A stretch of 53,237 bases of DNA, the filler included, from Porpidia crustulata (taxonomy: Eukaryota), in assembly GCA_964255105.1 (NCBI GenBank). It is 3 parts of 3 records of this genome, joined end to end, with 100 filler letters (N's around TTAATTAATTAA, not from the genome) between each part and the next. Parts side by side here need not be neighbours in the genome. Positions count along the whole stretch, not along the records: positions 17,803 to 35,503 come from CAXUWE010000208.1; positions 35,604 to 53,237 come from CAXUWE010000210.1; 1 more part is not named here. One strand, 5' to 3'. Numbering within the stretch: the first letter of the stretch is position 1; every line of letters starts with the position of its first letter. This document shows positions 24,214 through 38,086 of this stretch, piece after piece. Under the pieces are notes generated by a model. That model made no database searches. It saw only the letters and a list, made by a program, of their open reading frames with translations, and was not told the DNA's origin. A program made the translations under genes and the position numbers.

Positions 24214-27200
24214 TCATGTTCGAGAAAAGCGTCGCCCGTCCACGCTCATTCCTCTTTCGATACGGTCATCTACAAGCTCTGCTCTAGACCCCAAGAGGCG
24301 TGGAGAATCATCAGGACTGGCTGTGTGGATATTGTCACCTGCTCGATGCTGTTGTACATAGCCCATACTCGAAGGTCGATCGGATCTGAGATCAGGTGCC
24401 AACGAACCAAGCACTGATGACGAATGCATTCCATGACCGGTCGCCTGGCTAATGTTTTCGTCGCTTGGACGTGTCAATATACTCGAAGCAGTGGATCCTC
24501 CATTGACAGACAGCCGATCATACCCCGAAGGAGAAAGCATGGATTCATGCGGTGGCCGTTGCGACGTAGTATCTGGCGGCAACTTGTGGTTGGATGGAGT
24601 GTTAGGATCGTAGTTTCGACCTGAGCGCTGCGGGGTCAACGGAGGGGATCCAGCTATTGTCGAAAGCCTCATGGCTTCGAGATCAGTCTCCCCGTTCGGT
24701 GAGTTGCGTCTGGAACTCTTCCTTGGAAGCGTTGGCGGCCTCCTGCTACTTCGAGTATTGTTGCGCGTTGGTTTAGAGCTCGCTCTTGAAGCGATGCGGC
24801 TTGGTAACTCGATTCCACCCCCTGTTTCAATGGTGGGAAGTGAAGGTGGAAATTGGCTTGCTTGATGTACAGAGTCGTACTCTCCTTCGGACAGAGACCT
24901 ATCATCGTCGCCTTCTTCGCTGCTTGGAAGACTAGCTGGTTGTTCGTCGGGCAAATGCCGAGTACCTCCGCCAATAGCATCACCTTCATCACTAAGGGCA
25001 AGATCCCGACTTCTCTCGGGGGGTACATCTCCCACCTCGTCAGAATAACGAGTTCCTTGTCCAAGAATGATAGGACCTGACGGCGTTCGGCGTCCGACCG
25101 GAAGAGCCCTTGAGCTTCTGACGACTTCAAATCCTTTGCCAGTGTCTTTTGTCTTGCCCCCAAATAAGCTCTTTATCCATGTAGTAGCCGAAGATACAGG
25201 CCCTGTGGGGTCGGCGGGGCCCGTTTTCAGTCTTCGCGTGGGTAAGTTAGACAGTGCCGGGCCCCGAACACCGTAATAGAAGTCTACTTCTCGAGTTGCA
25301 TAGTCAGTCTTTGAAAGGCGTGGATCGTCAGGGTTCGAGTCTGAACGGTCCCGTGTTGTACCCAGATGAGCAGGAAGAGGTGTCCCACGTCCCGACACTG
25401 ACGGGCCTTCCATCGGATTTGGCGACCCTTCTTGCTCGGGGCTGTGCTGACTCCACCGTCTGCTTGCCCAGTCGCCGCTGTTCCAGGAGCCTCGACTGCG
25501 TGAGCCAGGGGAGAAAGCATCTGCTGTCATGCGCCTGGCCCTTGGTGCCCTGTAGTAAGGATCTGAAGCCTCAGCGTTCTTCAAGTTGATGATGCCGCCG
25601 CCTGATGATCCTGCCTGGCCCCCAGTTTGGCTAGCGCCCGGAAGGTAAGAGAATGCACTCGCGCCTCCAGATATTGGCGTGTACGGGGCACTTCCACTGT
25701 CTGCACGGTTGTTGCCACCACCACTGGCACTAATCGAGTCGAGCCCTACGCTTGTCCTGTTGTCGGCATAACCTGGTCTATTCAGCAAGATCGCAGAGCT
25801 GCCAGACATGCTTCTAGATCGTCCACCATTGAATTGTGACGACTTCCGGTCACCGTCCGGGCCTAGCATGGCCGCATCAGAAGCTATACTTTGTCGAGCA
25901 TGGCCTCTCCGTCGAGGATTTCTTCGCGAAAGTTGGCGCATCCCAAAGACTTTCACGAGGCCGCCTCTGGCAACACCATCTCCGACGACGTCCTCGCCTC
26001 CTGCGCCGCCCAGTCTCGCAATCACTTCAATCAGCGTCTGGCAAGCATTTAGGAAAAACCCAAAGACTAGAACAATAGCATGCATGAGAAGGATCACGTA
26101 TCCAATCCATCCTTTTGGTGCGTCCCCTACCTGTAGCGATGGCACAAATGCGACGCTGAGGAGAACAGTCAGAAGTCTGACAATGGCGAAGAAGGTATGG
26201 AAAGCATTCATCGATGTTGGAGAAGAGAAAGGTCGGAATGCGTTCAGCGTCAAGATTAAGATAACCTCACAGATGGCCAACAACACCAACTGAGCGATAC
26301 CGGATGGTTGAACAGCACCTATCCCAATGCCTCGGACAAATGTCAGCATGACGGGTACCAAGGCAAAAGTGGCAGCATTATCTGAATATGTGTTGTATAA
26401 GGGTCCGTATAATAGCACAGTTGGAAGGTCATCGAACAAGTAGGACCGAGGGCGCGTGGACGCAACGAGCCAGAGCAGCCATCCTGCAAAGCCGACTAAG
26501 GCTATAATTAGCAATGACGCGAGTGCAACAGTAGCAGCTGGCGACCGACCAGCCGCCACGAGTTGGTACATCGATAGCGCCACAATAGGAAGCAGGAAGT
26601 AATTGAAGACGACCCTGATGGCGTTCCCGACAGTGAATGGTACATTCTTGGCTCGAAGATCTTCCTCTTGGATATTGGATATCAAGCGATAGCCCCATTG
26701 GAAGATAAAACCTATTTGCACGAGTACAACCACGCCGGTAAGGATGACCAGTAACCATATTACCATGCCCGCCCAGATATCTCTGTCCGCTGTCATTCCC
26801 ACCAATTGGCTCATTCGGTTCAATCCATAAGTTCCGTTGATAGTGTAGATGCCATCCTGCAGACTCTGGGAGCCATTGCCATGGCTGACGAAACTTTCAT
26901 TGAACATCAACGCAGACCAGCTAACTTGACTGACAACGGGCTGGTAGAAGCCAGGGTAATCAAGACTCAGCGATCCAGCCAGAATAATGAATTGAATATA
27001 TTGAAGACAATCGCCGAAACCTGGAGTGACAAGTCGTAAAAGATCGGCGTCCCTGCCATAGTTACTGGTCCAGCGAAAAACATCTACCGAGCCCCAAGGA
27101 CTGAAGATAGCAGCGCAAGCTGTGGCAACAGCTACTAGTATCAACACAACGAGTGGCAGATATCTGAGAACGTTGCTGAGTGTAAGTCCAAGACTTGGCG

Positions 27201-27859
27201 TGATACTGGCTTGCACGCAAGCCAGCTGGTCAGCATTTGCATTGCCAGACTTCACCCTCAGGGTGGCACTGATTGTGGTAAACGCATAACTGGAATAGAG
27301 ATCGTGAGCAACGGAGAACGCAGGTAGCTCGGCTGGATTGCTTCTGCGGGGCATAGTATACCAATCAGTGATCTTCCCCTCATCTAGGTGTAGGAGGTGG
27401 TCTCACTCACCCGTTGGCCATGAAGGCAGGACCCAGGGGACATTGCCCGTGAACGGTCGTATTACAAAATTGGGTCGCGGGGGCGTCATACGGCGTATAG
27501 TCAAGTACGTTGAAAGTTGCCGTGAGGGTAGAGAACTTGTTATTGTTTTTGTCAACATCCGGTATCTTGCCCAAGGTGGCGTTCGGATTGGCCCACTGTG
27601 GATCATTCCAGGCAGGATACTGCTCTTGAGTCGCTTTTCCTGTGACATTGCCGTAAACCGTAACATTGATACCGTGGCTCACGGCAGAAGAATTAAAAGA
27701 CGCATACACGAACAGTGGCTGAAATTGTAGCTGAACTGGGTTTGAGTTGATAATGTTAGGGCTCAAGCAATTTTCGAAGTTGATGCTGGCTGCACTGGCA
27801 GATTGAAGACATATTGCGCTCCACAACAGCGTGACTTGGATGAGCCTAAGCACTAGCAT
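24214..27859 (-). CDS. TRP-like/FLC-family membrane protein (ML-like TRP_N domain, TRP domain, long disordered C-tail)
   Basis: Signal peptide from the ATG at 27859 (an upstream in-frame ATG is also possible). FENCL and FC......CPLGP in the N-domain; LRLVTPGFGDCLQYIQF, LSLDYPGFYQP and YGPLYNTY motifs; multiple TM segments. Intron at 27344-27410. Confidence 0.85.
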
Positions 27860-29340
27860 TTCGCCCGCACGGTAAAATGGGTTCCACGAAGACCACGAAG
27901 GGGGCAGACGAGCTGCTGAAAATGCGCTTTCAGTGCGCATGTGTCCCCGCTCACCATCCGGCATCGTCACAGTTTCGCCATGCTGAATTGATTCTTCCAG
28001 TCCCGAAGCGTGTGCTCTACCTTTTATCGCCGGGCCCAACAGGCCACCACGCCCCCAGGTCTGTACGTCCATGACTTTCACCCCTCCATTGGTGTGAGTG
28101 CTGCGATTTATGACCTCTGAGCTGTGCTACCGACGTGCACGTAGTGAGAACTGTGGGAAAGGGGGTGGATCGAGGAAGGGAATAGGAGGATTGTCGGTTG
28201 ATGGAGCACCGTTGCGCAGGAGAAGTCTTCTTCACCCCAGGTTAGCTTCGGTGGCTAGATATAAAGCTTCGGGCAAATTTTGGTCGTGGATTTCTAGAGC
28301 TTGGTGGTATGACACACTGAGAGGATCCTTCGTGAGGTTGCGATATCAGTGAAATGGTGCAGAGGTTGCGTAAAGTAAAGGCTGAACGGGTTTCCGCTGT
28401 GGCGGAGTCAAAGCTAGTCTCGGAATCAGGACATGGGCCGACAACGTTCATCAAAAGTCAATTCTTATACTTTGCGCCTATACCCTAGATAAGAATATGA
28501 AGAATATGAAGAGAAGAATACGAATTAGGATTGGAATTGGAACTGGCCTGGAGATCAGGTTTTGGGGGTTTGGGTTTGCTTCAGCCGATGGACGATATAT
28601 CTCCGCTCTGCTGTCGCATTTACTACGTACTACAAACTACGCACTAGCCCAACGGCTATTGATAGATTTCCCTATCAGATTATCGTGTTCGTCACTCTTT
28701 CACCAGTCCCGATCTGGTATTTCATCGCTCACTGCAATATGTACATCCCACTATACATCGCCATATTGTTTCACATTGAGTGCCTTCTCAATTACTTCTA
28801 CGAGGACTTAATCGACTCTTGCTTCTATTCGATGAGTGATGTGTTTGTGGATGGGGATCACATTGAGAACGTCACATTGCAGTGAGGAAGTATATACTTT
28901 ATTTAGGGCTTGCCGGGATTTTCGTTGCCGGCCTCACACAAGCCAAAATTGCCCCTCCCAGGACCCCCATGGTGCCGAGACCTCTCCCAATGAAGGAATT
29001 GCAGAAGAACAACGTTGACTCTGGACTGTTGATTGTGAAGACACAAATCTATCGCCAAGAACAGTTCCAGCCCGTGGGACTCTGGCTGTACATGTATCCT
29101 ATTCTCAAACCGCTTTTAAGATCTGACATCGTCTAAGACAAAGTGTTGCATCAGGATAGCATGTAGGGGAGGATTATGGCCTGATACACCCTGAACGCCC
29201 ACGCTTACCCGTACAAGAGATCTGCGCAATGCCTCGATCCCGCCGAGGTATCAATGATCCAAGAAATTTACAGTTCGCAAACCATCGCTACCCTCCTAAT
29301 TCGACATCTTCTAGTATGAGGCTCCTGTTGGGAAGGCGTG

Positions 29341-31053
29341 CTAGGCACCAAGGACTGATTGTCGTGGACTAATGATACACACCGATTCTCGGAAGCCAAG
29401 TAAGTTGGCAATCCGACCAGTTTCAAACTTGTATCCAAAGGTCTGAGTCATGTGCTCTCGGGTGCTTGCGCAAAGGTCCTGGTTTCTCCATACGCTTCGG
29501 CACGCAGTATGCTCCATACTCTTCCACATCAAGGGTTCGGGGTCGATGCCAAGCTTCTTAGTATCCTCCTTCTTGAAGATTCGGCGATGCTCTTTCAGAT
29601 GGGAGTGTATAGATGAGTCATCTTTTTCCAATGCGCTGAGTTGCACTTTGCTCTCCAAGCTAGGAGGACATTTCACGCACAAGAAGTCACGGATACCCCA
29701 TTTGATAACATTCGAGTGCAAAAACATGGGCTCATATCCAGTCTGGTTTGAGGGATCAGCTTGCAGCATCCCAATGCCATGAACAGTCCCGTCGACAAAC
29801 ATGGTCTCAAGCGTGTGCGGAACTAGATAGAAGTCCTCATGGAGCGCCTGGAGAGCCACTGGGAATGTATCTTTATCCCCCCAACCTGCCCAGCCTTGAG
29901 AGATGAGAGTATAGTAATGTTGCGGTCCATAGTAGTTATAGTAGGTCGCCAGACAGAGGGCCTAAATTTACGTTTACTATTAAATTGAAACCTGCTTGAG
30001 AGCATGCGTGCAAAATATCATACCTTCCAATGTCGCTTCTTGTTCCATATTAGCTGCCCAGATTCAACAGTAACATTGTTTCTTAGAGCTTCTGATGAAG
30101 CGACGCTTATTCCAACAACGTAGGGCAAAAGCGGGCTTCCAGAATGCTTCCAGTAGTCTTTCCAGAGGACTACGCCTGTGTCCGTGTACGTTTTCGCCTC
30201 AAAAACGCCGTCCGGATTTCTCACCGGTACGTTATCCGCGTCCAAAAAGATAATATCCTCAAACGACGAGAACAAAATAGAACTTATCTTGAGCTGGTAG
30301 CCATGTTTATTCGAAGAGACGTCCATATAGTCGCTTATCCGTCGACAGGCCATGCCCTCTTTCTTTATCTCGTCGCACCATCCTTCTTTTTCTTCAGTAT
30401 GATCCTTCACCCAGACCTCGATTGGGAGCTTGCTACCAATCTCACGAAGCATGCCTAAACCAGTTGTAGCGAACGACGAATATCGACCACCAGCCAACAT
30501 GACTATCCCACGGCCGGAGAATGTATTCTTAGGATAGGGTGGAAGGTTTCTGACGACCTGCACATGGCTGTCTCGCGATGCTTCGGCATCCTCCTGCGAC
30601 AGGTTTGTGTGTGTTTTTATAGCCTCAAGGGAGGGGAATTCTGACGGGTTGTCGAAAGGCTTCTGTACGAGCGTTAAGGGTTGCGGAGGATGCGCGTCGA
30701 AGGTGTTCTGTAAAGATTCCCATGTTTTTGACAACGTTTTGAAATCTGCTGGCTTCGGTACTGCGACTGAGTGGGAAAGCTGGTAACGGGAAGAATCACA
30801 AGTAAGGTAATTTGTGAAGCCTAAGGGGTTGAAGAGATACGAAGCGGCCTTGAAGAGTATGTAAAGACATGCAACCCATCCAACGAGTATAATAGCTTTT
30901 TGTCTATGCGATCCTCCTAAGAGATATTAGCACCTGTAGGATTCAATGTGAAATTTATGTTCAAGCACCTTTCGACAAGCGGAGAAATTTACGGACGGTA
31001 TTTCGTACAAACTGAGAATTCCGGGAAGAAACTGGGTGGTCATGAATATCCAT
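29341..31053 (-). CDS. Alpha-1,2-mannosyltransferase, MNN2/MNN5-like (GT71)
   Basis: Type II anchor near the N-terminus; GRGIVMLAGG, LPIEVW, SSFEDIIFLDADN, TGVVLWKDYW, VESGQLIWNK..H, GWGDKDTF and FLHSN motifs. Introns at 30917-30968 and 29962-30023. Confidence 0.85.
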
Positions 31054-31518
31054 GTTGGTATGGATGCTCTGGATCAGAGTGAGCTGCTCCCATGACACAC
31101 AGCATCGACACTTTCGACAGAGACTGTTTAGGAGACACGAATTAATAACATTGAGGGATGTCAGACTGTCTGGGAAGGCGCGCGCCACACTTGACGGATG
31201 TTGCCGGTCTCACAGGCCCAGGGGGCAGGGATCTAGAGTAGTGTAGTCGAGCTAGTTAGTGAAATATCCCTTGTTACTACTGTTGAGGTTCAATTCTATC
31301 GCTCCTTCATAGACATGAAAATTTGATATGTAGTTCGACCAGCAATAAGATCTGATACTGCGAGATCGCTGGTAACGGCTGGAGTTTGGATACACTCGGG
31401 GGTCATGAGCTAAGCCACACATCATGCTTACTCCGTGTGAATATCGCCAGTTACGCTTAGCAACAATATCCTCTGATTCCTTCTATTTTCCAAATATTCT
31501 CATGAAGATAGCTCAGCT

Positions 31519-34500
31519 ATGTCAGAAGCTGACTCTACCATGGACCAAGTTCGCAACGACCATAAGCTCTGGGGCAAGCACAAATGGAGAGGGAAATTCT
31601 TTGCAAGCGAAGAGAAGGAGGGAAAGTATCTTCGGCAAAAGGGGAATCTTGATGACAATGTCGCCGAGTTTTTGCATGCGCCTAGCGACGGCGATGTTGC
31701 AGGCCAACAGCAGATAAAACAACAGCCCTTTGTAGAGGCTTCTGCCTTATCAAAATGGCCATCTGTAGCACAAGTATCCAGGTTAAATGCAGGAGCACCT
31801 CTTTATCCACGACGGAAACCGCCAAGAAACAAGAATTTACGCGTGACGTTCAGCTCTGCAGCGCCGGATTTCATTGGTGAAGGCGGAGATGAGGCAGAAT
31901 TGCCGTCCAGGGAAGTCGTAACATCGTGGAAGCCGTTCATACCACAGCAACACATGCATGACATTTCAGTAGAGCAAGCTGCACAAGTTGTAGGGAATGA
32001 TCAGTCGTCGGCTGCAGTATCTCAGGCAATAGCCGCTGAAAAAACAGCTTCTTCGTTGGTTTCTTTGCGCAGAAAGCCAACCAGAGCCGAAGATTCCCAA
32101 GCTAATGATGTTTCTCAGTCTCGAGAGTCGGCTAGTCCTGGCTATGAAGAGTCCTCAGTGTCTGCCAATTTTGATCTCAAGCAGCAATTTCAATTAGGTA
32201 CTCAAAATAGGAGTAAACAATATTTCAAGTCAGCAGATCGTATGACGTCCGCGGATCACAGAGCTTTTCAGGTACAAGTAGAAGTACCTACATCAAAATT
32301 GAACGTCGCAGAGACTGCAGGACAAGAGGCCCATATGCTACCGGAGATGTCGTCTCTAGAGTCTACCCTTCCGATGGGAAATTCTTTGACACCCACTCCT
32401 TCGCCACGGCCTGCGCAAAAGCCTATAATGTCAAGCTATCCGTTCCCAGCTTCAAGACAAGACGGGCCAACTACGCCACATAATGGCAGTGTGCCTACCG
32501 AACGCAATTACTCGCCTCAATACAAAGATTCTTCTAAGCCAGTTTCAGAAGCTCATCCCTCTCTCAGAAGCGTCACAAATCATCTAGGTGATACTGCTAT
32601 AGAAGACTTTGGCGCTCGTGTCGAGCGTTTCAACGAAATTCTCCGATTAGGTACGACTTCTTTCAGCTCGCTGACGGACATCTCTTTTGCCCAGTGGACG
32701 AGAACCAGTACATGGTGGTTCTTGAAGGGTAGGCAGGGGCTTGAAAGCGCCGTTCGCGGCAGAACCCAGAGTGGTGATGGTCCTCTAAGTGGTGATGACA
32801 AATTCATTTCTTCGGAATTGAAGCAAGCTTATCTGGACCTCGCCAAAGCCTGGTGGATTACGAAAGATATAATACCCGATCATCCTGACGTGAGGATATA
32901 TGGTGATACTAGTTTGAAGTCATTAGCTGCTATCTCGAAAGTTTCGGGGGATGCCAGCTTAGTGGAAGTCATCGAGGCTCACCTCGCAACTATTACGAGT
33001 ATGCGCGCTTTGGCGATGTCGATGAGAAGAAATAATAAGCTACCGCCAAATGACTTCGAGATACAAGGATTGGTCACTCGTGTCTGGCTTCAATATCCAA
33101 AACTTTCCGCTATGGTTAGAGGTCTCCTGTCAATGAACAGCCCACAAATGTTACTCTCCAGCCCCTCGCATAGAGTAGAGAACGGTCCCTCGATTGCTGT
33201 TGGTGATACGGAACGTTATTTCAACTATGGCAGCATGTTCGTAGAAGTATCTCGAGACGACGGCCAGGCTCAGATGTATCTCCCCTGTGTTCTAACAATG
33301 CTTAGGGAACGATCTGCTTGGGATCTGTCTGTTGTAATAATAAGTCAGGACGGACAGGTCAATCTAATGATCCAAAATACCGAGAAATCCGGCTTGACCT
33401 GGGAAAATATACAATGGGAAATAAAAGCGCACGTCATACAAATTACACTGACCAGTGGGTTTACAGTAGACGTCCAACTTTCCGAAAAGGACTTTAAGAC
33501 TTTATGGGGCATACGCGATTATACTCGCCAGGTCCTGAAGGCTTTCCGTTGTGGCAAGACTGAGAAAATAGTCTTTGAAACGAACGTTCAAGCTTTTCAA
33601 TATTATGGTTCAAAAGGCTCCCAAACGTTCCCCGCCGAGCCTATCCAGGGTTGTAAAATGCGTCTTTTTGAGAAGAGTATAGTCTCTATGGAAGGTAGTG
33701 GTGAGCGGAAAGTATATGATGGCCACCGCTTGACGGTTGTGACTCCTCCAAGTGTTAAGACGCTGTCTAGTATCGCACATGGTCTTGGCAAGCAAATACC
33801 AATCCTTTTTAGCTACCTTCGTGGGGAGGATGGTGCACCTGCTATGTTGCTCAAATCGCCAGAATCTTACCCAAGCTCATCGATGGTTATAACTTTCAGA
33901 GCTCCTTCGGAACGCCAACTTTTCCACGCCCTGTTAGATGGGACATCAATCACGGATGACGAATTTGGTAGCGCCTGCATGTCTCTGAGGAGTTTATCAA
34001 TTACAGAGAAGCCAACTGAGCAGACATCGCCCCAAAATTTTGAGAGCTTGATGGAGGAGATTCAATGGCATCAGCTCCGAATCCTAGGAAAGAGTCACGA
34101 GGGACAAGATCAACGCGAATTTCAAGCTGTATACTCGGAGAATCTGCGGATTTGGGCAGACTGCGATATGGGAACGTTGGTTGACCGCATCAGCCTACGT
34201 ATGTATATGTCTTAGGGACTGATGGAAAAGCTAGTAGTAATGAATTACAACAGGTCCTGGGGAGATTCAAATGCGCCTTGATGTTGACGATCTGACCAAA
34301 ATCCAGATGCTGCGGCCTCCACAAAAAGACATCTGCTGCTCTTTTGCAGACAATCTGCTCCCACCCGGTAGGGCCGACACGTTGATAAGCAGCCTTCAAA
34401 CGATTAGTACTGCGAGCACGGTACGACAGTATAGCTTTCATTCCTTGACCGGTGAGCTAAAGAGCACTACATTATCACTTACGAGGAGCATACATTTGAC

Positions 34501-35095
34501 AACTACGTAGATTTACACACATTTCAAGCCTCCATCATAGGCTTCTCTGTACTATACGATGGGTGGGCACTTCCAACTTTTCGACATGACCGGTGCTGAC
34601 GTCTCTTTAGGCTTGCGAGAAACTTTGGTATTTCACGAAGGCGCATGGTTGTTCCGATCTACAAACGGTGGGAAGCCGGCCCAACCCGATTACAAATCGT
34701 GAGGCAAGGCAAAACAGTCCAGCTTGTCGCGTTCTTCAAAGACTTTGCTCATGGCTGTTGCATGAACTTCGTTCTGAAGGTCACCGATGTGTTTGAGACC
34801 TTCAGCCGCTCCGGCGCATTCTACTTGCGGATATCGGATGCTAAGTTTGCTTTACCCAAAGGCGAGGCCGATCCCAGTAAAGAGTTTGTGAGTCTCGATA
34901 TACCTGAATACCCGGGTGAGCACGACGACGTTACGATTGAATTTGACACGGAAGCTGGTATGTTGACTCTGGCTGTGGAATGGCGACAAACTTTACTGAT
35001 TACACTACTTTCCAGATAGAGACAAATTTGGGAAGACTTTGCCAGCCAACACGACCAAGTTCTCACGGCTGGGTTCTTTGAGACGAGAGAGGTAG
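31519..35095 (+). CDS. Large conserved fungal hypothetical protein (disordered N-terminus, globular C-terminal domains)
   Basis: First exon of about 893 codons plus four canonical introns (34199-34253, 34452-34510, 34563-34610, 34958-35015) giving a continuous frame to TAG at 35093-35095. Conserved-looking motifs WWFLKGR.GLE, QAYLDLAKAWWI and RRRMVVPIYKRWE. Confidence 0.8.
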
Positions 35096-35503
35096 GCTCA
35101 AGATTTACCAGGCGTTTGGGATGCATGGATGGCGAATTGGTGGTGAGGGTATTTCACCAGTCGCTGGCTCTACTTGTACTGCATTGCTTACCACCCGCGG
35201 ATACCACAATTTTGAGAATTGGAAATGTACTTTTCTCTTCAATGCTACATGAGGCTATCTGGCTCTTTGCTCCTGCATCCCCTGAGCTCGCTCAAAGTGA
35301 CTTCGGCCCACTCGGTAAATTTCACACCGATGCCGTCATAGCCTGCGAGCCAATTTTCCCCACTACAAGAAAAGTTGAGCTGCGACTTTGAAGTGATTGC
35401 ACATTCAGTTGGACGAACATGACTTGTTCCCAGAACGGTATCACTAAAGGCGTCGATGATGTCCAGGACCAGCTCTCCTCATTCTCTATCCAGACTTTAG
35501 ACC

Positions 35504-35603
35504 NNNNNNNNNNNNNNNNNNNNNNNNNNNNNNNNNNNNNNNNNNNNTTAATTAATTAANNNNNNNNNNNNNNNNNNNNNNNNNNNNNNNNNNNNNNNNN
35601 NNN
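35504..35603. other. Assembly gap with artificial six-frame stop linker
   Basis: 44 N + TTAATTAATTAA (35548-35559) + 44 N. Confidence 0.97.
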
Positions 35604-35919
35604 TTTCTTCGTTGATTTACCCCCATAGCTAGGTAGTTAGGAGGCCCCTAACACTACGAGAAGTATGTCCTAAGAACGCTAGTAAATCATTTGTTTACAG
35701 CTCGAATTGTTGCGGCTGAGTACCGTAGGCCGCTCCTCAGCCACTCAACATTGACGATATCTTCTTACCTCTGTCCCAAATTCTTTGCCAGTTATAAGAG
35801 CACTCACGCATCATCCATCAAACAAGCGTCTTCAGATCTTGCGGCTTCTGTCTCTCAAGATACTCCTCTGGCTTCGCATTACCTTTACCCACAAGCGTTT
35901 CCAGGCACGCACCGAAGTC

Positions 35920-36881
35920 ATGTCCTCGTCATTGTTTCAAAACAACGCTTACTACGTAGTCAGCTCTGATCTTTACGGCTCAAGCTTCGGCCTCAGCGAC
36001 GGCGTTGGGAACAAAATATCTCCTGGCACACTTCGTCTCACCAAAGTCAGCACTTCCTCGCTCAATTGGCAGATCTTCTATCAACACCATATCTACCTTA
36101 TCCGCAATTACGTTTATGGAGCAGAGTATCAGCTCGGCGTCGCAGAAGACTCCCCTAATTTGACGCCGGCGTTACTGTTAGCCTCAGGGAACTTGACGCA
36201 ACAGTGGAATATAACGCTGTGGGATGATAGGACTTATAGGTTGACGAATATGTGGTTGGGGAGTGTGCAGATATTGGGTGTCGGTAATAATAGCAATAAT
36301 GTGCCGGTTCCGGTGATGACCGCCGCTCAGTATGGAAGTCATTGGTCCTTTGCGAGAAATCCAAGTGATTCTACGTTGAATGTGACGGATCCTATGTTGC
36401 AGTCTGTGTCGTTACAGGCGTTACGTTGAAACCATGATTTCGTGTGTTTGCCGCTGGTGACGCTGACTATTTCCCACAGGCCCCTTCGTCAACCTCGACT
36501 TCGCTTTCGACCGCAACGGTAGCTATCACCACAGTCGCCGCAGGAAATGTCTCGTCCAGCTCCAGCTCGGCGAGCTCACAATCCACAACGCCTAGGTCCA
36601 TATCAGATGGCGCCATCGCTGGTATTGTTGTGGCGATCGTTGCTGCAGCTCTCGTTGTATTCGGGTTCCTGTTCTTCGTGTGGCGGAGAAGACGACAACA
36701 GCGGCATGGCTTACCGACGGATCAAGCAGCTCTCGCGCAACCACAAGAAGAAGGACTTCATACTTCCATGCACGAGGCAGATACTTGGCATCCCCCATCA
36801 GAAATTGGAGTTTCGAATGAGAGGCAGGGAACGCGAAGTCGTGCTGCTAATATGCCTGAATTGCCCGTGAATGAGGAATGA
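35920..36881 (+). CDS. Ricin-B/beta-trefoil-like domain + Ser/Thr-rich stalk + single TM protein
   Basis: Repeated QxW-type motifs (LNWQI, TQQWNI, GSHWSF) with YLIRN/YRLTN. An intron ending at CAG 36479 (donor 36418 GC or 36406 GT) joins to an S/T-rich region, the TM segment GAIAGIVVAIVAAALVVFGFLFFVW and RRRR. The start codon is uncertain. Confidence 0.65.
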
Positions 36882-38086
36882 ATGTACTGACTTTCACTCG
36901 AAATCAGGATTCGTGTGTTGACATACCTGAAGTTCTTCTTTCATCAGACTATATATCCTCATTGCTGTTACGTCTCGGCTTCACAAGCAATATCCGCAGT
37001 TCAGGTCTTTGACGAATAAACGACATCTCGACAAATTGACCTCTAAAACCAACTTCATTGATAGTCGCTTCTGACAGCAACTTCATCAATCATGATTGAG
37101 CTTCTCAGAATCCTCGAAGCTACCAGTGATCAAGACAAATTTTCTGAAAACAGAGTTTCTAGAAGACGACGACTGAGTCACTTTAGTTTGATGGCGCAGT
37201 TGTAGAACGTTAATGAGACGGCGAGGGAGCAGTATGGCACAAAAAAGGAGAAGAAGAAGAGAGAGAAAAAGCATAAGCGATGAAGCAGGCCGTCCCTTTC
37301 GAGCAGGATGCCGGACGGAGAAATATACATGTATACATGCGTCTATCTTTATACATCCCGAGGGCTCAGGGTCGAGAGATTTGTGTTTTCGTTCGAGCAG
37401 TAAAGTAGCATTGGGAAAGCCACGAGAAAGCCCCCAACTTCATCGCGTGAAGAATCGATAGCGCATAGTCTATCCGCATACCATAAAAGGACAAACATCC
37501 AGCTGAGGCACCAAACCCCATTTTTGGCCCATTTCAAGAATGTCACCGGGGAGATCAGTAGCGTTGCGTCCCTTTCTGCGTCATCGGAGGCGTCGTGCTT
37601 GTGGTTGAGAGGGAGTGATGGAGGGATGGATGGGTAGGTTTGTGATGGTGATGATAGTGATTGTGTTCGGGGGGTATAGTTAGTGGTGTTTTACTAATGA
37701 AGGGAATTGAAGCTGGGTTTGAGGGAGTGCAGGCATTCATCTGCTGCCAGCATACTCGCTCGATGCTTCCTTGATGCTCCCGTGTGCTCCCCTAGTACTA
37801 CTCCCTTTCCTTGTCGAAAACGGTAATCATGAATCCTATGTTCGGGGTGTACATAATATACAAATAGACATACATCCTTCAGCCAGGGAGCGAGGTCCAA
37901 GTCCCGTGATCTACCCCTGGTCTTACTGTTCTCATTGCTTATTTTACAAAAGGTCGCGAGGGCCCGCGGGATTGATAAGGAGGAATACCATGACCGCCGA
38001 TGAGCGATCTGGAAGTTGGCCCCAATTAGCTAAAAATCTAATGAACCAAGGGACGCCTATCCGATGGTAATTTCTGCCATCGTAAT

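Noticed and set aside
28490..28550. Short tandem motifs (AAGAATATG x2, GGAATT-like)
   Set aside because: Ordinary low-complexity intergenic sequence with no spacer structure; not CRISPR-like.
28882..29136. Short ORF with signal-peptide-like start (RKYILYLGLAGIFVAGLTQA)
   Set aside because: Begins with GTG, with no ATG or supported exon structure; possibly a relic but insufficient evidence.
30917..30968. Apparent in-frame TAA near the start of the mannosyltransferase
   Set aside because: It is part of the branch site (GCTAAT) of a canonical intron; the spliced frame is intact.
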